Below, one piece after another: positions 18,534 to 28,800 of a DNA stretch of 64,000 nucleotides. The stretch comes from a virus (taxonomy: Duplodnaviria > Caudoviricetes). Where the stretch lies: the IMG/VR virus record IMGVR_UViG_2933953506_000002, positions 1 through 64,000 of that record; one strand, 5' to 3'. The stretch's first letter is position 1. Each line of letters begins with the position of its first letter. The notes beneath the pieces are model-generated. The model saw nothing but the letters and a program-made list of their open reading frames with translations, made no database searches and was not told the DNA's origin. Position numbers and translations under genes: made by a program.

Positions 18534-20015
18534 GTGGCGGCAACGAACCTCGCCCCCGCCGGGCAGGAAGCCCTGATACCTGTGGAGGAGCTGACGGGCC
18601 CCGAGCCGGTCGTGCACTGCGCGGACGCCCTCGACCACCTTCGGACCCTCCCCGATGCCTCCGTGGACGCGGTCGTGACCGATCCGCCGTACGAGTTGGG
18701 GTTTCTCGGGAAGGCGTGGGACGCCTCCGGCATCGCGTACAGCGTGGACATGTGGGCGGAGTGCTTCCGCGTCCTCAAACCGGGCGGGCACCTGGCCGCG
18801 TTCGGCGCGACCCGCACCTACCACCGCATGGCCGTGGCCGTCGAGGACGCCGGATTCGAGATCCGTGACTCCCTGCACTGGCTGTACGGCACCGGCTTCC
18901 CCAAGGGACAGGACGTCGGGAAGCTGATCGACCGGCGCCGCGACGACCACCCCGCCCGCCGCCGCTTCACCGCCGAGTTCGCCGCGCTCCGCGACTCCGT
19001 CGGCTGGACGAACCCGCAGATCGACGCCCTGTTCGGCTTCAACGGCATGGCGCAGCACTGGACGACACAGAGCAAGACCGCCGCCGTCCCGACCGTCGAG
19101 CAGTGGGAGCAGTTGAAGGCAGAGATGGGGTTCGAGGCCCCGATCAGCGTCGAGGACCTGGTGCACGAGCTGAACGGGCGGAAGAACGCGCCCGGGGAGG
19201 CGTGGGAGGACCGGGAGGTCATCGGCAAGGGGCACCGGGCCCGGGGCGGCTCCGGGGTGTTCCCACAGCTCCAGTCCGAGACGTTCGACGTGACCGCCCC
19301 GGCGACCGCCGAGGCCGCTCGCTGGGACGGCTGGAACACCGCCCTCAAGCCCGGCCATGAGCCGATCGTCCTGGCGCGGAAGCCACTCGACGGCACGGTC
19401 GCCTCCAACGTCCTGGCGTACGGCACCGGCGCGATGAACACCGCAGCGTGCAAGACCCCGCCCGGCGACGCGGAGGGGCGTTGGCCGACCAACGTGCTGC
19501 TGTCGCACGCGTGGGCCATCGACGAGGCGGGATGGATCGTCGACGGCTGCGCGGACGGCTGCGCGGAGGGGTGCCCGGCCGCCGAGCTGGACGGCCAGTC
19601 GGGGCGGCTCACCTCCGGGGCGAACCCGCGGCGCCGCGGTTCGGACAAGTTCCGCGACGTGTACGGCGACTTCAAGGGCCAGACCGCGTGCAAGCCGGTC
19701 CGGGGCGCGGACTCCGGCGGCGCCTCCCGCTTCTACCCGGCGTTCCGCTACCAGGCCAAGGCCCCCACCAGTGAGCGGCCGCGGCTGCCGGACGGCACCG
19801 TGCACCCCACGGTGAAGCCGGTCGCGCTGATGCGCTGGCTGGTCCGGCTGCTCACCGCGCCCGGCGGGATCGTCCTGGACCCGTTCGCCGGTACCGGAAC
19901 GACGCTCGAGGCCGCCCGGCTGGAGGGCTTCGACTCCATGGGCGTGGAGGCCAAGGCCGAGTACGCCGAGCTGTGCCGTCTCCGGCTGCGCCGCGAGACC
20001 GTGAGGAGCAACTGA
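18534..20015 (+). CDS. Phage-type N6-adenine/N4-cytosine DNA methyltransferase (beta class)
   Basis: VTDPPY near N-terminus, RVLKPGG, HPTVKP, LDPFAGTGTT near C-terminus. Confidence 0.92.
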   Translation: MAATNLAPAGQEALIPVEELTGPEPVVHCADALDHLRTLPDASVDAVVTDPPYELGFLGKAWDASGIAYSVDMWAECFRVLKPGGHLAAFGATRTYHRMAVAVEDAGFEIRDSLHWLYGTGFPKGQDVGKLIDRRRDDHPARRRFTAEFAALRDSVGWTNPQIDALFGFNGMAQHWTTQSKTAAVPTVEQWEQLKAEMGFEAPISVEDLVHELNGRKNAPGEAWEDREVIGKGHRARGGSGVFPQLQSETFDVTAPATAEAARWDGWNTALKPGHEPIVLARKPLDGTVASNVLAYGTGAMNTAACKTPPGDAEGRWPTNVLLSHAWAIDEAGWIVDGCADGCAEGCPAAELDGQSGRLTSGANPRRRGSDKFRDVYGDFKGQTACKPVRGADSGGASRFYPAFRYQAKAPTSERPRLPDGTVHPTVKPVALMRWLVRLLTAPGGIVLDPFAGTGTTLEAARLEGFDSMGVEAKAEYAELCRLRLRRETVRSN

Positions 20016-20437
20016 TGCGCATGACCGGCTTCAACTCCACGCACCTGCCCGGCGGCGTGTACCTCGGCTTCCAGCGGTTCGCGGACGAGGGCGCCACCTC
20101 TCGCACCTGGTACCTGAGCGGTCTGGGGGCGCCGAAGCTGTCGCTCAGCACCCTCGTGCAGACCCGGGACGAGTTCTACGGGCCCCGGGACAAGCGGCCG
20201 CCGGGGCTGTGGAAGCGAGTGCTGCGCGCGGTCGTCAAGAGCAACGGGCGTACGACGTCGTACTACTGCCCGGACATCCGGCCATCCCGGCTCGGGATCT
20301 CCCTGGCCGTGCCCCGCTACATCGTCCAACTGCGATGGGAGACGCGCCGCTGGCACCAGGCGGTGACCGAGCACCTGGGACGGCCGTGTCCGGCGTGCAC
20401 GGCCGCGGGCTGGCGCCGGGCCGAGGACGCGACGTAA
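20015..20437 (+). CDS. Hypothetical protein (MRMTGFNSTH...)
   Basis: GAGGAG RBS; TGATG overlap with methyltransferase stop; C-terminal CPAC. Confidence 0.65.
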   Translation: MRMTGFNSTHLPGGVYLGFQRFADEGATSRTWYLSGLGAPKLSLSTLVQTRDEFYGPRDKRPPGLWKRVLRAVVKSNGRTTSYYCPDIRPSRLGISLAVPRYIVQLRWETRRWHQAVTEHLGRPCPACTAAGWRRAEDAT

Positions 20438-20458
20438 GGAGCGGCCGCCGTCCACTCT
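20428..20458 (+). promoter_or_regulatory. Class II promoter motif, copy 4
   Basis: CGCGACGTAAG-N14-CACTCT. Confidence 0.7.
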
Positions 20459-20538
20459 CCCCGCCTCGCCCCGGGGCGCGCCACCAGGACCGTGAACGAC
20501 GCGGTCCGGCGCCCGGGGCAGACGAGGAGACCAGTGCT

Positions 20539-20892
20539 GTGGCACGACGACGGACCGGCCCCACCGACGTGGTAAAGGCCATGGTCTACGACCGCGACGG
20601 CGGCGCCTGTGTGCGCTGCGGAGCGCCGGAGAACCTGACCGTCCACCACAGGGTGAACCGCGGCATGGGCGGGGCGCGGGAGCCCTGGATCAACCAGGCG
20701 CATAACCTGCTGACCGCCTGCACCGTGTGCAACGGCTGGTTCGAGGACAACCCGCGGGAGTCGTACGAGGCCGGGTGGAAGGTGCGCCGGCCGCAGCTCC
20801 CCGGCGAGGTCCTGGTGCGCTACCCAGACGGCAGCGAATACCGGCTCACCCCGGACGGCGTCCGCGCCACGACCGTGGCGGCCGCCCGATGA
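20539..20892 (+). CDS. HNH endonuclease
   Basis: GAGGAG RBS; RDGGACVRCG...VHHR...NLLTACTVCNG. Confidence 0.85.
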   Translation: MARRRTGPTDVVKAMVYDRDGGACVRCGAPENLTVHHRVNRGMGGAREPWINQAHNLLTACTVCNGWFEDNPRESYEAGWKVRRPQLPGEVLVRYPDGSEYRLTPDGVRATTVAAAR

Positions 20893-21008
20893 AGCGCCGC
20901 CGCCGCACCCGCGGCTACTCGACGTCCCGAACGGACTGGATCGCCGCCGCGGTGGAAGGCCTCTTCGACGCCGTGGCCGAGTTCCTGTGCTCCTGGGGGC
21001 CGCGATGA
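20889..21008 (+). CDS. 39-aa coupled peptide (MKRRRRTRGY...)
   Basis: ATGA overlaps at both ends. Confidence 0.45.
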   Translation: MKRRRRTRGYSTSRTDWIAAAVEGLFDAVAEFLCSWGPR

Positions 21009-21595
21009 AGCGCCGTCGCCAGTGCCCGGCGACGCCGGCCGCGCTCATCGGCTCCCAGGGCTGGCGGTGCCAGCGCCTCGTCGACCACGACGGCCGGCAC
21101 AAGGCCTCGTACTCCGACCGGTCGACCATGCACTACTCGTGGGAAGGCGACGCCACCAGCATCTTCGGGTACCAGACGCTCCCCGGCACCGTCCGCTTCC
21201 GGTCGCCGTTCTGGACGCCGCAGCGCCGGTACCGCGCCGGCGAATGGACCGTGAGCCTGCTGATCGCCCTGACGCTGGGGTGGTGCTGGTCGCTGAGCGC
21301 GGCCGCCGTGTTCCTCGTGCTGGAGCTGTTCACGCCCATCCGGCGGGCGCACTTCGTCAACGTCGGCCGGTTCACCGCCGGCGTGTACCTCGTACGCCGG
21401 GACCACTACCCGGCGTTCTTCGCGATCGGCTTTGCCCGGTACGGGCCGGAGGCCAACGCGAAGAGGAGCGGCCTGCAGGTCGTCGTCGGGCGCCTGTCGC
21501 TGATCGTGTGCGCACTGCTGCCGCGAGACGAGTGGGCCGACTACCAGCACCGCAAGGCCGAGCGCGAGGCACTGCGGAAGGACGGCCCCCGATGA
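21005..21595 (+). CDS. Hypothetical membrane protein
   Basis: ATGA coupling; hydrophobic hairpin WTVSLLIALTLGWCWSLSAAAVFLVL. Confidence 0.6.
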   Translation: MKRRRQCPATPAALIGSQGWRCQRLVDHDGRHKASYSDRSTMHYSWEGDATSIFGYQTLPGTVRFRSPFWTPQRRYRAGEWTVSLLIALTLGWCWSLSAAAVFLVLELFTPIRRAHFVNVGRFTAGVYLVRRDHYPAFFAIGFARYGPEANAKRSGLQVVVGRLSLIVCALLPRDEWADYQHRKAEREALRKDGPR

Positions 21596-21840
21596 GCCCC
21601 CGAATCACGATGAAGACCCGCGTACGGCGACCTCGCGAGCTGCGCCTCGGGCCGTGGCTGCTGTGGGTCGTCCGCCTCCCGCAGGGACCGAACCTTGGTG
21701 TCGGGCGGATCGCGATCACGGACACGCCCCGCGACCCAGCTCCCGGCCAGACCCGGGCGAGAGACGGCCAAGGACGGGTTCTGATCGTCGGCGGCGTCGC
21801 GTTCGCAGTGCTCCGATGCAGGTCAGTACCTGTGCACTGA
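21592..21840 (+). CDS. Small hypothetical protein (MSPRITMKTR...)
   Basis: ATGA coupling; C-terminal part of ORF 21022..21840. Confidence 0.5.
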   Translation: MSPRITMKTRVRRPRELRLGPWLLWVVRLPQGPNLGVGRIAITDTPRDPAPGQTRARDGQGRVLIVGGVAFAVLRCRSVPVH

Positions 21841-21865
21841 CACGGCGCTCTCGTGGCTGTATCAT
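21837..21865 (+). promoter_or_regulatory. Sigma70/HrdB-like promoter containing a variant of the class I box
   Basis: CTGACA-17 nt-TATCAT; TCTCGTGGCTGTA resembles TCTCATGGCTGTA. Confidence 0.5.
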
Positions 21866-21949
21866 TTCCGGCTGTGCGCAGGCGTGGGGTTACCCCAGTC
21901 GGCGTGAGGCGCAGCCCCGCGCCACAGCTTGAGACGGGAAATGGCAGCC

Positions 21950-22591
21950 ATGCCCAAGGCCGGGATCACCTACTCGAAGAAGAAGATCGAGAAGACCGAC
22001 TTCAAAGCCCTCCGCGAGGCCGCGGAGCGCGCCGTGACGGAGGAGCTGGGCAGGATCACCCGCCCGGACGACCGGATCGAGCGCGCCGCCGAGATCATCC
22101 GCCAAGCGGACGCCGAGGTCGCGCTGCACCTCGATGACCGCGACAAGGCCGTGGCCTCCCTCTGGTTCTACGAGCACGTTCCTGGTCTCGCCGGCGCGAT
22201 CGGTGTCACGCCGACCGCCTACCGCGAGGTCCTGAGTAAGGCGTTCTACGGCGGCCCCGAGCGAGTGCGCACCGACAGCGGGCACTACGAGCTGCGACCC
22301 GTTCCCGACCTCCCGGGCCCCAAGCTCGTCGAGGCGGCCCGGGAAGCGGGCGTGCCGTTCGTCGAGGACGCCGACGAGAAGCTGCCGAAGCTGGCTACCG
22401 TCGTCGCCGAGGCGCGCGCCCGCCGCGGCGCCGCCGTGGTGTTCATGCGGGATGCCGCGCTGGCCCTGTCGGAGGAGCCGTACGGCTGGGACGGGCCGAG
22501 GATCGCCGAGCACGCCGGCGTGCAGAAGAAGCTGATCTGGCAGCAGCAGGCAGCCGCCCGCGCGGCCCGCGAGCGCGCTGCCAAGCGCTGA
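21950..22591 (+). CDS. Putative DNA-binding protein with two HTH-like segments
   Basis: GLAGAIGVTPTAYREVL and GWDGPRIAEHAGVQKKLIW; start could be 21941. Confidence 0.7.
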   Translation: MPKAGITYSKKKIEKTDFKALREAAERAVTEELGRITRPDDRIERAAEIIRQADAEVALHLDDRDKAVASLWFYEHVPGLAGAIGVTPTAYREVLSKAFYGGPERVRTDSGHYELRPVPDLPGPKLVEAAREAGVPFVEDADEKLPKLATVVAEARARRGAAVVFMRDAALALSEEPYGWDGPRIAEHAGVQKKLIWQQQAAARAARERAAKR

Positions 22592-22662
22592 CCGATCCGC
22601 CACACACCCCAGACCGGCCCCGAGCACCCACGGGCGGGTCTTGCCTTTGCTCCCAGGTCAGA

Positions 22663-22760
22663 CCGGGGCCTGATTATCAGGCGCCGGTCACCGGGGCCTG
22701 GAAATCCGGCTTCCGGTAGGACGGACACCGGTAGTCCGGTCGCCGGTAGATCAGGCGCCT
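22663..22760 (+). repeat. Degenerate 15-bp-period tandem repeat
   Basis: CCGGGGCCTGATTAT ... CCGGGGCCTGGAAAT CCGGCTTCCGGTAGG ACGGACACCGGTAGT CCGGTCGCCGGTAGA. Confidence 0.6.
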
Positions 22761-22895
22761 TCAGTAACAAGATCAAGCACCACAATGAAGTAAGAGTTCC
22801 GATGCCTTCGCTTCGCTCAGGCATCGGCGTGCATCGCCTCCGAAGGATCCTCGAACCGACCTCCAGCGCAGCAGCAGGGCGGCGAAGTAGGAGGG

Positions 22896-23630
22896 GTGTC
22901 ACAGAATCCGGCCGTTGGCGTTCTCCCAGACATGACGATGCGATCCATGCCCACGCGCACGATGCTCCCGCCGAACCTGACCCGGCACTTCTACGAGACC
23001 CGCCGGGCGTTCCTCAAGAGCGCCGGACAGGACTCCACCCCGTGGTTCCAGCTCTCCCCGTTGGAGCGCGGCGTCGTCGAGTCGGAGATGGAGATCTTCC
23101 GGCAGTCGATACGGCGGGCCGAGGAGGAGCAGGACCTGCTCGCCAGCCTCGACGCCACCCGGACTGCCGCCATCGACGAGCCGGCCGCCGAGGAGGCACC
23201 GGAAGCCGCAGCCGACGAGGACTCCGAGGAGGAATGCTGCCTCGGGTGCGCGGCCGTCGCCGCAGTCCTGGCCCTCATCCAGGCGACGGACGGCAAGCCG
23301 GAGTCGGCCGCCCAGACTCCGGGCCGGAACTACTTCCCGTTCAATATCGCCGAGGTCACCAACGCCCCGCTCGACACCCGCCCCTGGGGCGTACCTCTGA
23401 GCGAAGACGAGAAGGCGCGCCTGCAGGCGGCCCCCAAGGGCAATATGCCCGCGTGGCTGATGACCGCGGGCATCGACCTCGACGTCCTCGACGGCACGGT
23501 GCCCGGCCTGCCGCTCACCTTCGACTCCCGTCCGATCAGCGTCATGCGCCTGCTGGTTGAGGACTCCCCCTTCGACGACGTTCGCGCCGAGTTCTGGCGC
23601 AAGAAGCCCCCGATCGGCGACAAGGCGTAA
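22896..23630 (+). CDS. Hypothetical protein upstream of terminase
   Basis: High-GC3 ORF; start uncertain. Confidence 0.7.
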   Translation: MSQNPAVGVLPDMTMRSMPTRTMLPPNLTRHFYETRRAFLKSAGQDSTPWFQLSPLERGVVESEMEIFRQSIRRAEEEQDLLASLDATRTAAIDEPAAEEAPEAAADEDSEEECCLGCAAVAAVLALIQATDGKPESAAQTPGRNYFPFNIAEVTNAPLDTRPWGVPLSEDEKARLQAAPKGNMPAWLMTAGIDLDVLDGTVPGLPLTFDSRPISVMRLLVEDSPFDDVRAEFWRKKPPIGDKA

Positions 23631-23879
23631 CGGAATTCGGCGCACGACGTACTACAGAGTGCGGCTGGCCCTCTGACCCCGACGCCCCCGCGGGGAAAGC
23701 ACTCCAGCCGCGGCCCCTCGGCCGGGGCGAAGCCCCTGCTCCATCTCCCCGGTGCAGGGCCATCGCCCCGGCACAGACTTCCGGCACAAGCCCCCTGAGA
23801 GGCGGGGTGGCTTCGTTCTCGAGATCGTGCCGGAACCTCGCGGCCTGGTCGGCGGTCTGGGCATGGGCCCCGGCCAGGC

Positions 23880-23910
23880 CGCGACACTAGATCCCTGCGG
23901 GCGGCACCTT
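23880..23910 (+). promoter_or_regulatory. Class II promoter motif, copy 5 (leaderless terL)
   Basis: CGCGACACTAG-N14-CACCTT, then 7 nt to ATG 23918; no Shine-Dalgarno. Confidence 0.75.
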
Positions 23911-23917
23911 CCCCGCC

Positions 23918-25714
23918 ATGTCCCGCACGCAGCTCCCGCCCCCCGTACGCTCCCGCGTGGTCCCACCGGCCCGGGACCTACGGAACGGGCGTCAGCCCGG
24001 CGTCGTATCCCGTGACGCCTCCAACGTCGCCGACATCCTGCTCCGCGCCCCCGCGGGCGCCCGCCGCCACGCCTTCAAGCACGACATCACCGCCCGCGAA
24101 CGCCCACACGTCATGCGGGAAGTCGAGCGGGCCACCGGCTCGATGTACGGGCTCTGGCACGACACCCCCAGCGGCTTCATCGAGGACGTACTGGGGGAGA
24201 GCATCTGGAGCCGTCAGCGCGAGATCGTCGACGCCGTCCCCTTCAAGAAGCGCATCGCCGTCCCGGCCGGCTTCGGCGTCGGCAAAACGTGGATCGCGGG
24301 CAGGCTCGTCGCCTGGGCCGGAGCCGTCAACGCCCCCGGAACCATGGTCATCGTCACCACGGCGACCCGATTCCGCCAGGTCAGGAACCAGCTCTGGCCC
24401 CACATCAGGAAGACCGTCGCCCGCGCGGGCCTGCCCGGATACTGCGACACAACCCAGTGGAAGATCCCCGACCAGTGGGGCAATGACGTCATCGTCGCGT
24501 ACGGCTTCACCGCGCCGGAGAACGACGAAGCGGCCATGCAGGGCATCCACGGCACGCCCAAGCTGCTCATCGTCGTCGACGAGGCCGGCGGTATCGCCCG
24601 CACCATCGGCAACGGCACCAACAACCTCTTGACCGGCGACGCCAGGATGTTGGCGATCGGCAACCCCGCGATGGACGACCCGCGGAGCTGGTTCGAGACG
24701 CTGTGCGAGGAGGGCGAGGACCCCGAGGAACCGTCCACGGTCACCATCCCCATCGCGACCTTCGACTCCCCGGCCATCACCCGCGAGCGTGTCCCCTACT
24801 GCAACGACTGCCCCGACGGCGTACCCCCGCACTCCCTCGCGATCCACCTCCCAGACCAGGACTGGGTGGACCGCACCATCAGGGAGTACGGAGAAGATCA
24901 CCCGTACGTCATCGCCAAGGTGCACGCCCGCTTCCCCAAGGGCGGAGGCGGCCTCGCGATACCCGTGACCTGGGTCGAGGACGCCCAGAACAACGACGAC
25001 CCGACCGGCCCCGGCTGGCACCGACTGTGTGACCTCGGCCTGGAAGGGGAGACCGCCAAGCACACCGTGAAGGAAGGCGCCTGGATCAGGCTCGGCGTCG
25101 ACGTCGCCGCCGACGGAGGCGACGAATTCACGATCTACAGGGCGGTCGGAGACGCGATCGAGATGCGGCACGCCAGCTCCGGCACCGCCAACGACAACCA
25201 GGTGAAGGTCGCAGAGAAGATCCTCGAGGAGATCCGCGCAGCGCAGCGCCTCGCGGCCGCCCTGAACTCCCCACACCCCGTCCGCGTGAAGATCGACAAA
25301 AACGGCATCGGCCACGGCGCCACCAGCATGCTGGAGGTCTGGGCGGAGAACGGCACCCACCAGGCACAGATCGTGGGCGTCATGGTGTCCGAGTCCCCCA
25401 GCCAGGACGACCCGGGCGCCGTCATGCGCCCGTACCGCAAGCGTGACGAGATGTGGCTCGCCACCAGGGCACTCCTCCAGCCGGACCCATCGACCGGCAC
25501 CGGCCGCCTGCGCCTCCGCGTCGACCGGCAGGCCGGTATCCAGCTCTCCACCCCGAAGCTCGGATCGAACACGGCCGGGTACAGCATCATCGAGTCGAAG
25601 AAGACCATGAAGGCCCGCGGCATGAAGAGTCCCGACCGGGCCGAGGCCGCCCTGCTGGCCGTGTACGAGCCCGAGCCGCTGAACCAGCCGCGCCGTCGCG
25701 GCCTCCTCAACTGA
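23918..25714 (+). CDS. terL: Phage terminase large subunit
   Basis: Q motif IWSRQREI, Walker A AGFGVGKT, Walker B IVVDEA, GNP, RNase H LGVDVAADGGD, C-terminal SPDRAEA. Confidence 0.9.
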   Translation: MSRTQLPPPVRSRVVPPARDLRNGRQPGVVSRDASNVADILLRAPAGARRHAFKHDITARERPHVMREVERATGSMYGLWHDTPSGFIEDVLGESIWSRQREIVDAVPFKKRIAVPAGFGVGKTWIAGRLVAWAGAVNAPGTMVIVTTATRFRQVRNQLWPHIRKTVARAGLPGYCDTTQWKIPDQWGNDVIVAYGFTAPENDEAAMQGIHGTPKLLIVVDEAGGIARTIGNGTNNLLTGDARMLAIGNPAMDDPRSWFETLCEEGEDPEEPSTVTIPIATFDSPAITRERVPYCNDCPDGVPPHSLAIHLPDQDWVDRTIREYGEDHPYVIAKVHARFPKGGGGLAIPVTWVEDAQNNDDPTGPGWHRLCDLGLEGETAKHTVKEGAWIRLGVDVAADGGDEFTIYRAVGDAIEMRHASSGTANDNQVKVAEKILEEIRAAQRLAAALNSPHPVRVKIDKNGIGHGATSMLEVWAENGTHQAQIVGVMVSESPSQDDPGAVMRPYRKRDEMWLATRALLQPDPSTGTGRLRLRVDRQAGIQLSTPKLGSNTAGYSIIESKKTMKARGMKSPDRAEAALLAVYEPEPLNQPRRRGLLN

Positions 25715-25853
25715 CGGGGCTTCCGGTCTCGGATGTAGCCATGCTGATAGCAGGCCGGGAATCTGCGGGTGCCAGAGGATCGATTCAGACCCTCGGCCTG
25801 GGGCTCACCAGTAGGGTTATGGGGATTCCGGTGTTAGGCCACGCAGCGCGCAC

Positions 25854-28800
25854 ATGCGCGCTACCGAGTGTGATGGGGTGCGAAGCGCGTTGAGCGGGAC
25901 CACGACGACGGTGCACGACGTTCTGAGGGCGATCCGTGACGGCTCCACCGGGAATCGGGACCGGGGGACCCGCTTCGAGGAGTTCATGGTCCAGTACCTG
26001 AGCACCGATCCGCAGTGGACCGAGCAGTTCAGCCGTGTGTGGATGTGGGCCGACTGGCCGGGCGCCGAGCACGACAAACGGGACACGGGCATCGACCTTG
26101 TCGCGCAGGACCGGGAAACCGGCGGCTTCTGTGCCATCCAGTGCAAGTTCTACGAACCGCAGCACACGATCCACAAGGAGGACATCGACTCCTTCTTCAC
26201 GGCCTCGGGCAAGGGCGCCTTCACCCGCCGGATGATCATCTCCACGACGGACAAGTGGAGCGTCCACGCCGAGGAGGCGCTGGACGACCAGCAGATCCCC
26301 GTCACCCGGCTCGGCCTGTCGGACATCGCGAGCAGCCCGGTGGAGTGGCGCATGCCCACGCCGGGCCTGCACGTCGAGTTCGAGATGACGCTGCGTCAGA
26401 AGAAGAAGCCGCGCCCTCACCAGCGTGAGGCGATCGACGACGTCTTCGCCGGCTTCGCCGAGCACGAGCGCGGCAAGCTCATCATGGCCTGCGGAACCGG
26501 CAAGACCTTCACCAGCTTGAAGATTGCCGAGCGTCTCCAGCAGGAGCGGGCGGAGGCAGGCCAGGGGGAGCACACCACTGTCCTGTTCCTGGTCCCCTCC
26601 ATCGCACTCCTTTCGCAGACACTGCGCGAGTGGTCGTACGAGGCTGAGGTGCCGCTGCGCGCCTTCGCTGTCTGCTCCGACACCAAGGTCGGCAAGCAGA
26701 AGGCCCAGGGTGACGACAAGGACATGTCCACCCATGACCTGGCCCTGCCCGCCACCACCGACCCGGACCGACTGGTCGCGCAGATGGCGAGCGTGGAGGC
26801 GACGCCGGGCCTCACGGTGGTGTTCTCCACCTACCAGTCGATCGCGACCGTTTCCGCGGCCCAGCAGCAGGGCCTGCCCCGCTTCGATCTGATCCTGTGC
26901 GATGAAGCCCACCGCACCACGGGCGTCACCCTCTCCGGTCACGACGAGTCCGCGTTCGTCCGTGTCCACGACGACTCCTTCCTCGGCGCGGACCGCCGCC
27001 TGTACATGACCGCGACCCCGCGGGTGTACAACGACGACACCAAGCAGGACGCCAAGCACGCCGACGCGGCCGTCGCCTCGATGGACGACGAAGCGACGTA
27101 TGGCCCCGAGTTCCACCGGCTCGGCTTCGGCAAGGCCGTGGAGCAGGGGCTGCTCACCGACTACAAAGTCCTCATCCTCACGATCGATGAGGGCGCCGTC
27201 GCCAAGACCCTCCAGGAGAGCCTGGCCGGGGCGGACGCCGAGTTGAGCCTCGACGACGCAGCGAAGATCATCGGCTGCTGGAACGCGATGGCCAAGCGCA
27301 CCGGCACCTTCGCCGACGGCTCCGGTTTCGGCAAGGACGAGGCCCCGATGAAGCGGGCCGTCGCCTTCGCCCGCTCCATCGCCGACTCCAAGTCCGTCGC
27401 CGCCCGGTTCAACGAGGTCGTCGACGCCTACGACGACGCGGATGACGAGGTGCTGCACTGCGAGGTCGACCACGTCGACGGCACCTTCAACACCCTCCAG
27501 CGCAACCGGCTCCTCGACTGGCTCAAGCAGGACCCCGGCCCGGCCAACGCCCGCATTCTGTCCAACGCCCGCTGCCTGTCCGAGGGCGTCGACGTGCCGA
27601 GCCTGGACGCGGTGCTGTTCCTGCACCCGCGCAACTCCGTGGTGGACGTCGTCCAGTCCGTCGGCCGCGTCATGCGCACCGCCCCCGGCAAGAACTACGG
27701 CTACATCATCCTGCCCGTCGCCGTCCCCGCGGGTATGCCGCCGGAGAAGGCACTCGCGGACAACCAGCGCTTCAAGACCGTCTGGCAGGTTCTCCAGGCC
27801 CTGCGCGCCCACGACGACCGCTTCAACGCCACCGTCAACCAGATCGAGCTCAACAAGAAGAAGCCCGACACCATCGGCATCGGCCACATCGGCGCGGGCG
27901 ACGAGACGGTCGGCGACCAGGACGGCTCCAGCACCGCCGACAGCGCCCAGGCCGCCAAGGAGAAGGAAGCTCAGAGCGCCCAGCACATCCAGGACGCCCT
28001 GTTCTCCGTGAGCGACTGGCGGGACGCTATCTACGCCCGCATCGTCGACAAGGTCGGCGAGCGCCACTACTGGGAGGACTGGGCCAAGGACATCGCCCAG
28101 ATCGCCGACCGCCACGTCACCCGCATCAAGGCCGCGCTTGTCCTTCCCGAAAAGCAGGCCGCATTCGAGGAGTTTGTCGCCGAGCTGCGGGTGACCATAA
28201 ACCCAGGTGTGACCGATGACGCGGCCGTCGACATGCTCGCCCAGCACATTGTCACAAAGCCCGTCTTCGACGCCCTCTTCAAGGATTACGGCTTCGCCCA
28301 GCACAACCCAGTCTCGAAGGCTATGCAGGGCATGCTCGACATCCTCGATGATCAGGGCCTCGATACAGAGACCAAGACCCTGGGGGCGTTCTACGAGTCG
28401 GTGCGGGTGCGCGCCGAGGGCATCGATAACCACGAAGGCCGCCAGCGCGTCATCGTCGAGCTCTATGACAAGTTCTTCAAGACCGCCCTGCCCAAGACAG
28501 CCGACGCCTTGGGCATCGTCTACACCCCGATCGAAGTCGTCGACTTTATAATCCGCTCCACCGAGCAGGCGCTGTCTAAGCACTTCGGCAAGTCCCTATC
28601 CGACGCAGGCGTCCAGATTATCGACCCCTTCGTTGGCACCGGCACGTTTCCTGTGCGGCTGCTCCAGTCCGGCCTGATCAAGCCGGAGGACTTGCTGCGC
28701 AAGTACACCAGCGAACTGCACGCCAACGAAATCGTGCTGCTGGCCTACTACATCGCCGCAGTCAACATCGAGGCTGCCTTCCACGACCTGGCTGGCGGTG

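Noticed and set aside
22896-23630. Terminase small subunit
   Set aside because: Position fits, but no recognisable HTH/TerS motif and terL has its own promoter; left as hypothetical
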